64,000 nt of DNA from positions 1,078,320 through 1,142,319 of the forward strand of contig OZ245896.1 in NCBI GenBank assembly GCA_965229665.1, read 5' to 3'. The translations under genes were made by a program, and so were the position numbers. Under the pieces are notes generated by a model. The model saw only the letters and a list, made by a program, of their open reading frames with translations, did no database searches and was not told the origin of the DNA. Within the stretch, counting starts at the first letter, position 1, and each line of letters starts with the position of its first letter. The DNA is from Erythrobacter sp. Its GTDB lineage: Bacteria; Pseudomonadota; Alphaproteobacteria; Sphingomonadales; Sphingomonadaceae. Positions 9,001 through 17,471 of the stretch are shown one piece after another.

Positions 9001-10746
9001 GAGCGCAAGCGGTTGTTCGACCTGCCTCGATCCAGCTGGGAAGATTATGACAGCGCGGTGATCTCCAAGGGTGGTGGGGTGTTTTCGCGCAGCGCCAAGA
9101 GCATCAAGCTGACCAAAGCAATGCAGCGCGTGCTCGATGTCCAGACAGATGAACTTGAGCCTGATGCTCTGATCAACGCCATCATCAAAGCACCGATTGA
9201 TCTGTTCTGGTTCGGTGGGATTGGCACCTATGTCAAAGCCCAGGGCGAAGCGGACGGCGATGTTGGCGACCATGCCAATGACAGCGTCCGCGCCTTGGCG
9301 CATGAGGTCCGCGCAAAGGTCGTCGGTGAAGGCGCCAATCTCGGCTTCACTCAAGCCGCCAGGATCGCTTATTCGCTCGCAGGAGGGCGGATCAACACCG
9401 ACTTCATCGACAATTCCGCAGGGGTCGATTGTTCCGACAATGAAGTGAACATCAAGATCGCTCTCGCGGCAGCCAGCAATGCCGAAAAACTGAGTGAGGC
9501 CGATCGCAATACACTGCTTGAGGCAATGACAGACGAAGTCTCCGGCATTGTGCTGGAGGATAATCGCCTGCAGGCTCTGGCGCTTTCGATTGCCGAGGCT
9601 GGCGGCACCAGCAACAGCGCGTCGTATATCCGCTTGATCGAAAGGCTCGAGGAGATCGGCGATCTCGACCGCGAAACCGAAGGGCTCGCATCGGGCGAAC
9701 AGTTAGCCCGGCGAGCAGCGGACGGTCAGGGCCTGACCCGGCCCGAGTTGGCGGTCTTGCTATCGTCTGCGAAGCTGGTGCTGCAAGACGCGATTGAGGC
9801 AAGCCCGCTTGCGAGCGATAGCTCGATGCAGCCCGTGCTGGTGGGTATGTTCCCTGAACCGATGCAGGCTCAGTTCGAAGCCGAGATCCTTGACCACCAA
9901 CTGAGTCATGAACTGGTCGCAACCGAATTGGCCAATCGGATCATCAATCGGCTTGGCTTACTGCCTGCGTTTGAACTGGCCGAAGAAGAAGGGGCAACGC
10001 TGGCTGCGATCGCCAACGCATTTGTCGCGGCAGACAGTCTGTTCGACATGCAAGGGCTATGGTCAAAGATCGATGAAGAAAGAATGCCGGAAGCCGCCCG
10101 GATCGCAACCTTCGAACGGGTTGGCGTGGCGATGCGTAGCCATATGGCGGATTTGCTCCGAGCCGGGGTGGCGAAACGCCCGCCAGCCGAGCTTGTCGCC
10201 GAACTGCAGACGGACTTTGCCTCATTGGACATGGCCGCGCAAAGCCTGCTTAGTGGGACGTCTCGGCTACAATCTGGCGTGATTAGAGAGGAGCTGGTAG
10301 CCCAGGGCGCGTCGGATACGATCGCTCAACGCGTCGCTCATTTGTTCGAGCTGGACGGGGTCGTGGGCCTCTCCAAACTGGCGCGCGAAGCGCAGGTTTC
10401 CGCGGTCGAACTGACCGACGCTTTCACCGAGCTTGGCAGGCAATTGGGCTTGGATTGGGCGCAATCCACTGCTGCATTGATGGATCCGTCCGATGTGTGG
10501 GAGCGGCTGCTTGTTGCAGGCTTGGCGCGCGACTTCCAGCAGATGCGGTTGGACTTCTTGCGCGACCTGATCGAGCGCCTGCCCGGCCAGGCGCCAGGGC
10601 AATTGGTCGAGCACTGGGCGCAGGAGAACAGCACCGCAATCCGCCAGTTCCATTCGATGATCGAACGCGCGCAATCCCATTCACCCGCGCCACCTGCAGT
10701 GTTGGCTCAAATAGCCAGCCAAGCGCGCAACCTGCTTGAAAGCTAG
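6076..10746 (+). CDS. NAD-specific glutamate dehydrogenase, large (about 180 kDa) class (GdhB/GdhZ type)
   Basis: 1556 aa. Catalytic core [39 protein letters not shown] and [13 protein letters not shown]. Confidence 0.95.
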   Translation: [1556 protein letters not shown]

Positions 10747-10816
10747 ACCCTATCAGATTGTCGGACTGGCGCTTCCGCGCTTGACCTAAAGCGGTTTTGG
10801 AGAGAGCTAGGGCGCC

Positions 10817-12046
10817 ATGGATAGGGCTGATGTGATAATCGTCGGGACGGGGCATGGTGGCGCTCAGGCTGCCATCGCACTGCGCCAGCAGGGGCATGAG
10901 GGTCGGATCGTGATGGTCGGGCGCGACAGCGTGCCTCCCTATGAACGTCCGCCGCTGTCGAAGGAATACCTCGCTGGCGACAAGCCATTTGAACGAATCA
11001 TGATCCGGCCAGAGAAATTTTGGGCTGACAAGAACATCGAGCTTCGGCTTGGTCACGGCGTGAGCGAGATTGACTGGATGGGGCATTCGATCACGCTCTC
11101 AGACGGCAGCCAGCTCGGATATCGCAAGCTGATCTGGGCCGGCGGCGGCGATCCGCGGCGGCTGTCCTGCCCCGGGAGCAACCTCAAGGGCGTATTCTAC
11201 GTCCGCGACAAGCGCGACGCCGATGCGATGATGGCGGCGCTTGAGGCAGGGGCCAAGAAAGCCGTGGTGATCGGTGGTGGCTACATCGGGCTCGAAGCGG
11301 CGGCGGTGCTGCGCAAGCTCGATTGCGCAGTGACCCTGATCGAGACACTGCCGCGCGTCCTTGCCCGTGTCGCCGGTGAAGAGCTCTCAACGTTCTATCA
11401 AGACGAACACCGGCGCCAGGGCGTCGATATCCGGCTTGAGACCGGTGTCACGGAAATCCTCGGCCAGGATGGGGCGGTCACCGGCGTGCAATTGGACAAT
11501 GGTGAGAGCGTTGATTGCGACATGGTTGTCGCCGGGATCGGCATCATTCCCGCGGTTGCGCCGCTGGTCGCCTCGGGAGCGGCTGGATCAAACGGGGTCG
11601 ATGTCGACATCTACTGCCGCACGACGCTGGATGACATCTACGCCATCGGTGACTGCGCCGCTCACGCCAATGACTTTGCCGAGCAAGCAGTGATCCGGCT
11701 GGAGTCGGTTCAGAATGCCAACGACATGGCCAACACGGTCGCGCGGGCGATCATGGGCGACAAACAGCCCTACCACGCGCTGCCATGGTTCTGGTCCAAC
11801 CAATATGACCTCAAGCTCCAGACCGCTGGGCTGAACCTGGGCTTTGATGAGACACTCGTGCGAGGCAATCCAGAGGACCGCAGATTCACCGTGGTTTACC
11901 TCAAGGATGGCCGTCCAATCGCGTTCGACTGCGTCAATATGATGAAGGACTATGTCCAGGGCCGGAAGCTGCTCGAGAACGCAATAGGCGTGGTCGACAA
12001 GGCCGTGCTGGCTGACGCTGAGGTGCCGCTCAAGGAGCTGCTGTGA
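10817..12046 (+). CDS. NAD(P)/FAD-dependent ferredoxin reductase (putidaredoxin-reductase-like)
   Basis: Two Rossmann motifs, [13 protein letters not shown] and [14 protein letters not shown], plus the YAIGDCA motif. Confidence 0.85.
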   Translation: MDRADVIIVGTGHGGAQAAIALRQQGHEGRIVMVGRDSVPPYERPPLSKEYLAGDKPFERIMIRPEKFWADKNIELRLGHGVSEIDWMGHSITLSDGSQLGYRKLIWAGGGDPRRLSCPGSNLKGVFYVRDKRDADAMMAALEAGAKKAVVIGGGYIGLEAAAVLRKLDCAVTLIETLPRVLARVAGEELSTFYQDEHRRQGVDIRLETGVTEILGQDGAVTGVQLDNGESVDCDMVVAGIGIIPAVAPLVASGAAGSNGVDVDIYCRTTLDDIYAIGDCAAHANDFAEQAVIRLESVQNANDMANTVARAIMGDKQPYHALPWFWSNQYDLKLQTAGLNLGFDETLVRGNPEDRRFTVVYLKDGRPIAFDCVNMMKDYVQGRKLLENAIGVVDKAVLADAEVPLKELL

Positions 12047-13091
12047 GCCTGGCGAGAGCCCAGCGAGCCGCCTCCGCCACGACCGGGTCCGGATCTTCCT
12101 GCAAACCCGTGACTGGCCCGATCAGCGCCACATCCCCGCTATTCCCCGCCGCATAGAGGCAATTCCGCACAAATCGGTCACGTCCAATTCGCTTGATTGG
12201 CGAGCCGGAGAACAGCGCGCGAAAGCCGGCATCATCAAGATGCAGCAACTCCTCCAAACGCGGTGAGACCAGTTCAGCACGCGGCAGAAAGGCCTGCATC
12301 GCCTGCGATTCGTGCGCAAATTTGTTCCACGGGCAAACCGCCAGGCAATCATCACAGCCATAGATTCGATTGCCCAAAGCCTCACGAAACTCCTCTGCAA
12401 TCGGGCCCTTATGCTCGATCGTGAGGTAGGAAATACAGCGCCGCGCATCGAGCTGATATGGGGCCGGGAAAGCGTCGGTCGGGCAAGCGTCAAGGCATGC
12501 CCGGCAAGAGCCGCATTGATCGCCGTGCGGCTCGGTCTGCTCTAAGTCCAGCGTGGTGTAGATCGCCCCCAGGAACAGCCAGCTGCCATAATCGGGGCTG
12601 ACCAGATTTGTGTGCTTTCCCTGCCAGCCAATCCCAGCCGCTTCTGCGAGCGGCTTTTCCATCACGGGTGCGGTGTCGACGAAGACCTTCACTCCAGCGT
12701 CAGGATTCTCAGCGACGATCCATCGTGCAAGCGCCTTGAGCCGCTTCTTGACGACATCATGATAGTCTTTGCCTTGGGCATAGACCGAAATCCGAGCATG
12801 GCTGCGCTTGTCTTCCAGCGCCAGCGGATCGGAGGCAGGGGCATAGCTCATCCCGAGAGCAATCACGCTACGAGCTTCTGGCCAAAGGCCTTGCGGAGAT
12901 CGGCGATGGTGGAGCCGCGTCTCCATCCATTCCATGGTCCCATGATTGCTATTGGCGAGCCATTGCTCCAGCCGCTCAGCGTGCAATGGATTCTCTTCCG
13001 CAGGCGCGATGCCAATCGCGGCGAACCCCAGCTGGCGCGCTTGTGCAACCAGACTATCGTTAAAGCGAGGTGTTACTTGCCCATTAACCAC
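12030..13091 (-). CDS. queG: tRNA epoxyqueuosine(34) reductase
   Basis: Two 4Fe-4S motifs, [13 protein letters not shown] and [11 protein letters not shown], plus a HEAT-like C-terminus. GTG start. Confidence 0.9.
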   Translation of the reverse strand: MVNGQVTPRFNDSLVAQARQLGFAAIGIAPAEENPLHAERLEQWLANSNHGTMEWMETRLHHRRSPQGLWPEARSVIALGMSYAPASDPLALEDKRSHARISVYAQGKDYHDVVKKRLKALARWIVAENPDAGVKVFVDTAPVMEKPLAEAAGIGWQGKHTNLVSPDYGSWLFLGAIYTTLDLEQTEPHGDQCGSCRACLDACPTDAFPAPYQLDARRCISYLTIEHKGPIAEEFREALGNRIYGCDDCLAVCPWNKFAHESQAMQAFLPRAELVSPRLEELLHLDDAGFRALFSGSPIKRIGRDRFVRNCLYAAGNSGDVALIGPVTGLQEDPDPVVAEAARWALARLTAAP

Positions 13092-13137
13092 GCTTGGGGT
13101 TGCTCCCGTTTAGCCTCCCACGTTAACCGTGGGCTTT

Positions 13138-14136
13138 ATGGATATGGCGGTAGGCGAACAAATGGCACTGGGCAATCCGGCGGAAGACCGTTCTGGTAAA
13201 CGACCGTTGGCGATTGAGGCCCGTGGGCTGGTCAAGAGTTTCGATGGGACGCGCGCGGTCGACGGGATTGATCTGTCGGTTCCGCAAGGCGCGATCTATG
13301 GTGTCCTCGGTCCCAACGGAGCGGGCAAAACCACGACGTTGCGGATGTTGTTGGGCATCATTGACCCCGATGAAGGCGTCCGGCGGGTGTTTGGCCATGA
13401 TCAGCCGCACGAGATTGGTCGCTTGATCGGCTATCTCCCGGAGGAGCGCGGGCTCTATCCGGCGATGAAAGCGATCGAAGCGATTGCCTTCATGGGTGCG
13501 CTCCGCGGCCTCTCGCTGGCCGAGGGCCGCGAGCGCGGGTTGGAATTGCTGGAGCGGCATGATCTGAGCCACGCCGCCGATCGGCAGATCCGACAGCTGT
13601 CCAAAGGCATGGCCCAGACTGTGCAATTGCTCGGGACTCTGGTGCATCGCCCGCGGCTGGTCGTGCTTGATGAGCCTTTCTCGGGGCTCGACGCGATCAA
13701 TCAGGGTAAGCTTGAGCGGATGATCCGCAACCTCGCTGAGGATGGTGTGACCGTCATCTTTTCAACCCATGTGATTCATCACGCCGAGCGGCTCTGCGAA
13801 GGGGTCGCGATCATTGCGGGGGGCAAGGTGCCCTATGCAGGCAGTGTCGAGACCGCGCGTGACCGCATTCCGGCTCAAGTGCGTTTGGAAACACGCGCCC
13901 GCGAAGGGGCATGGACCAACGCTCTGCCTGAGGATGCGCGGCGCGAGGGGGATTTCTTCTACTTCTCGCTACCGGAGACCGGGATTGAGCCGCTGCTCAA
14001 ACAATTGATCGAAGGCGAAGCGGGGATCCTCTCACTCTCGATTGAACGCGCCGGCCTGCATGACGCCTTTGTCCATATCGCCGGCGAAGCAGCAGCACGC
14101 CAGTTGGATGCCGACAACGCTGCGGAGGCCAAATGA
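13138..14136 (+). CDS. ABC transporter ATP-binding protein (ABC-2/NatA-like)
   Basis: Walker A GPNGAGKTT, signature LSKGMAQ, Walker B LVVLDEPFSGLD. An in-frame GTG at 13129 is an alternative start. Confidence 0.9.
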   Translation: MDMAVGEQMALGNPAEDRSGKRPLAIEARGLVKSFDGTRAVDGIDLSVPQGAIYGVLGPNGAGKTTTLRMLLGIIDPDEGVRRVFGHDQPHEIGRLIGYLPEERGLYPAMKAIEAIAFMGALRGLSLAEGRERGLELLERHDLSHAADRQIRQLSKGMAQTVQLLGTLVHRPRLVVLDEPFSGLDAINQGKLERMIRNLAEDGVTVIFSTHVIHHAERLCEGVAIIAGGKVPYAGSVETARDRIPAQVRLETRAREGAWTNALPEDARREGDFFYFSLPETGIEPLLKQLIEGEAGILSLSIERAGLHDAFVHIAGEAAARQLDADNAAEAK

Positions 14137-15440
14137 TGGGTGAGTTCGACCATGACATGGCGGGTGCGAAGCCACGCCTGAACCGGCTTGAAGCGGCATG
14201 GGTGATCGCACGGCGCGACTTTATTGCCGTCCTGTTCAGCCGCGCCTTTCTGTTCTTTCTGATCGGGCCGTTGTTCCCGGTCATCGTCGGGGGCTTGGCT
14301 GGGAGCATTGGCAGCCAGGTGTCGCGGCAGGCGGTCAGCGTCGAGATTGGGTTGGCGATGAGTGCGGATGACAACGCCGCTATGATTGCGGCTCGCGACG
14401 AATTGCGACCGCAATTGGGCCCAGTGCTACCGGTGCTCACGCCAATACAAGAAGCGCTGGACAACGACAGCTTCAATGCCAGCACCTATCTTGAAGAACG
14501 GCGCGGGAATTATGCAGCGATCGTATCCGGGACGCTCAATGCGCCAGAATTGGCCGGGACAGATCGGCAGGTCGAGCGCTGGAGCGGGCCCGTTGGATTG
14601 ATCGCGGCGGCAGCGACCAGCGCCGCGCCCACCCAATTCCCCGCAATGACGACGGCGATTGTCGCGAGCAGCGGCGCTTCCGAACGAACCAACCGAATCC
14701 GCACCGCGCAGGCCGCACAAATGGTTTTGTTCCTGCTGACCATGCTGCTGGCGGGCATGGTGTTGTCCAATCTCGCGGAGGAAAAGGGCAATAAGATCAT
14801 CGAGATTCTCGCCGCTGCGATTCCGATGGACGCCGTCTTCATGGGCAAACTCTTTGCAATGCTGGGCGTCAGCTTTGTCGGGATAGCTGTATGGGGCAGC
14901 CTGGGGTGGGGCTTCTGGGCGATTGCGGAGGACGCGATCGTCACCGTGACTCAGACCGATTATCGCAATCTTCCCGGTCCCGCGGTCGGCTGGCCGATGT
15001 TCCTCGCGCTTGGCGTCGTGTATTTCTCGATGGCCTATCTGCTGCTCGGCGCTTTGTTCCTGACCATCGGCGCCATGGCGAGCACAGTCCGCGAAGTGCA
15101 GACCATGTCGATGCCAATCACCATGCTGCAGCTGATGGTGTTTTTCCTGGCGGCCTACACTATCACCCAGCCTGGCAGCGCATTAGAGATGTTTGCGATT
15201 GCCTTCCCGCTCAGCTCGCCTTTTGCGATGCTCGCTCGAGCGGCATTGGAAGAGAGCCTGTGGATCCATGCGGTCGCCTTGGCGTGGCAGGCCTTTGCGG
15301 TTGTCATCATCGTTCGCGCTGGCTCAATGCTGTTCCGCAAGCGGGTCATGAAATCCGGCAGCGCAGGCCGCGAAAAGAAGAAGCGGCGCTGGGGCCGCAG
15401 TGCCCCCTCTTCACAGGCGACAGTCGAACCGGCAGAATAG
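14133..15440 (+). CDS. ABC-2 type transporter permease (NatB-like)
   Basis: ATGA overlap with the ATPase gene. One N-terminal TM, a large loop, then 5 C-terminal TM segments. Confidence 0.8.
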   Translation: MMGEFDHDMAGAKPRLNRLEAAWVIARRDFIAVLFSRAFLFFLIGPLFPVIVGGLAGSIGSQVSRQAVSVEIGLAMSADDNAAMIAARDELRPQLGPVLPVLTPIQEALDNDSFNASTYLEERRGNYAAIVSGTLNAPELAGTDRQVERWSGPVGLIAAAATSAAPTQFPAMTTAIVASSGASERTNRIRTAQAAQMVLFLLTMLLAGMVLSNLAEEKGNKIIEILAAAIPMDAVFMGKLFAMLGVSFVGIAVWGSLGWGFWAIAEDAIVTVTQTDYRNLPGPAVGWPMFLALGVVYFSMAYLLLGALFLTIGAMASTVREVQTMSMPITMLQLMVFFLAAYTITQPGSALEMFAIAFPLSSPFAMLARAALEESLWIHAVALAWQAFAVVIIVRAGSMLFRKRVMKSGSAGREKKKRRWGRSAPSSQATVEPAE

Positions 15441-15462
15441 GTCCCAATTCGCAACTCACTAT

Positions 15463-15476
15463 TGACACCTGTGTCA
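15463..15476. promoter_or_regulatory. perfect palindrome TGACAC-CT-GTGTCA overlapping a TTGACA hexamer, candidate operator upstream of the P450 gene
   Basis: Read directly: aTTGACACCTGTGTCAgt lies 74 nt upstream of the P450 ATG. Confidence 0.3.
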
Positions 15477-15549
15477 GTTAGGGCAGGATGCGAATCGAGG
15501 GAGTGGCGCGTGAGAGAACAGACAGCGCCGCCGGACAGGAGAGAGTAGA

Positions 15550-16887
15550 ATGGCTACCGTTGCCCCCCAGCGTCCCACCGTGCGCAGCAGCCCCAGCGCC
15601 TACGAAGCGCTCAAGGCGCATTACGAGAAGCACCCCGAGGAGCGGCCCTCGCATCCGCACAAATGGGATCTCAGCCGATCGGACATCTATTTCGAAGACA
15701 AATGGCAGCCAATCGTGGCCGAGATGCAGGCCGCAGGCCCGCTGCACTGGATCCCTGAGAGTCCTTATGGCCCCTATTGGTCAGTGGTTGGCCACAAGGC
15801 GATCCAGCATATTGAGGCCCTGCCCGATGTCTTCTCATCCAGCTGGGAATACGGTGGGATCACCATCCTCGAGCGTTTAAGCGAGGAAGAGCTTGCCGAG
15901 AGCAATGCGGATCGCCGCGAGCTGCCGATGTTCATTGCAATGGATCGCCCAGAGCACACCGGGCAACGCCGCACAGTGGCGCCCAAGTTCACCCCCAGCG
16001 GCATCGCTGACATGGAGGCGGAGGTGCGTCAGCGCACTGGCGAACTGCTCGACAGCCTGCCGCGCGGCGAATCCTTTGATTGGGTCGACACGGTTTCGAT
16101 CGAACTCACCACGGGCATGCTGGCAATCCTGTTCGGTTTCCCATGGGAAGACCGACGCCTTTTGACCTTCTGGTCCGATTGGTCGGGCGATACTGAGTTG
16201 GCTGGCGTGCGAGAGCTCGACGAGCTGCGGTGGGAATTCCTCCACGAAATGGCCGCCTATTTCCAGTCGATCTGGATTGAACGGACTCACGACAAAGAGC
16301 CCGGGAATGACCTGATTTCGATGATGATTCATTCCGAAGCGATGAATCAGATGCGCCCGGAAGAGTTCATCGGCAATCTCGTGCTGCTGATCGTCGGCGG
16401 GAACGACACGACCCGCAATTCGATGAGCGGATTCATTCACGCGCTCGACAAATTCCCCGATCAGCGCAAGCTGTTCGAACAGAACCCTGACCTGATCCCG
16501 AATGCGGTCCAGGAGATGCTTCGCGTCCAGACTCCGCTCGCGCATATGCGCCGGACTTGCACCGAAGACACCGAAGTGTTCGGGAAGCAGATCAAGAAGG
16601 GCGAGAAGGTTGTGCTGTGGTATCTCGCGGCCAACCACGAGGAAGAGATCTTCCCCGAGCCGCACAAGCTCGACATCACGCGTGAAAACGCCCGTCGGCA
16701 TATCGCGTTCGGCTATGGCATTCACCGCTGTGTTGGAGCTCGCCTGGCTGAGTTGCAGCTGCGCGTGCTTTTGGAAGAAATGCACAAGCGCCGCATGCGC
16801 GTCCATGTCGCAGGTGATGTGGAGCGGGTCCGGGCCAATTTCGTGCACGGCTTCCGTAAGCTCGAAGTCGAAATCACCGAGTTTTGA
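15550..16887 (+). CDS. cytochrome P450, CYP153-like
   Basis: Heme loop FGYGIHRCVGARLAE, I-helix LLIVGGNDTTRNS, and an N-terminal YGPYWSVVGHKAI...FSS block characteristic of CYP153 hydroxylases. Confidence 0.85.
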   Translation: MATVAPQRPTVRSSPSAYEALKAHYEKHPEERPSHPHKWDLSRSDIYFEDKWQPIVAEMQAAGPLHWIPESPYGPYWSVVGHKAIQHIEALPDVFSSSWEYGGITILERLSEEELAESNADRRELPMFIAMDRPEHTGQRRTVAPKFTPSGIADMEAEVRQRTGELLDSLPRGESFDWVDTVSIELTTGMLAILFGFPWEDRRLLTFWSDWSGDTELAGVRELDELRWEFLHEMAAYFQSIWIERTHDKEPGNDLISMMIHSEAMNQMRPEEFIGNLVLLIVGGNDTTRNSMSGFIHALDKFPDQRKLFEQNPDLIPNAVQEMLRVQTPLAHMRRTCTEDTEVFGKQIKKGEKVVLWYLAANHEEEIFPEPHKLDITRENARRHIAFGYGIHRCVGARLAELQLRVLLEEMHKRRMRVHVAGDVERVRANFVHGFRKLEVEITEF

Positions 16888-16973
16888 GCGCTGTACGAAT
16901 TGCGCGTGCAGTGAAACTTTTCGGCTTAGGTTCACGTATTAGAGTGTAGAAACACTCCACTGCGTGAGCCCTT

Positions 16974-17471
16974 ATGTCCGATCTGACCGCCCATCGCCGT
17001 TCCATCCTTAGCGCCGCCAGCCTTGGTCTGGCGCTGCCGCTGCTGTCCGCCTGCGGAGCGACACCGGCGGAGGCGAAGACGTTTCGGATCACCAAGACCG
17101 AAGCGCAATGGCGTCGCAAGCTGACCCGCGACGAGTTCTATGTTCTGCGGCAGGCTGGCACCGAACGCCCCTTCACCTCGCCGCTCGATACGGAGAAGCG
17201 CGCGGGAACTTTTGTCTGCGCGGGTTGCGGCAACCGACTCTATTCCTCCGCGCACAAGTACGACAGCGGGACCGGTTGGCCGAGTTTCTGGCAAGCGATC
17301 GATTCAGGCGCGGTGGGCACCTCGGTCGACTACAAGATCGGCTATCCCCGCACCGAAGTGCATTGCGCCGATTGCGGTGGTCATCTCGGGCACATCTTTG
17401 GCGATGGCCCGCGCCCAACCGGTAAGCGCCATTGCATCAATGGGGTCGCGCTGGACTTTATTCCGGCTTGA
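16974..17471 (+). CDS. msrB: peptide-methionine (R)-S-oxide reductase with Tat/lipoprotein-type leader
   Basis: Zn-binding motifs CAGC and CADC, GWPSFW, and catalytic RHCIN. The leader is HRRSILSAASLGLALPLLSAC. Confidence 0.9.
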   Translation: MSDLTAHRRSILSAASLGLALPLLSACGATPAEAKTFRITKTEAQWRRKLTRDEFYVLRQAGTERPFTSPLDTEKRAGTFVCAGCGNRLYSSAHKYDSGTGWPSFWQAIDSGAVGTSVDYKIGYPRTEVHCADCGGHLGHIFGDGPRPTGKRHCINGVALDFIPA

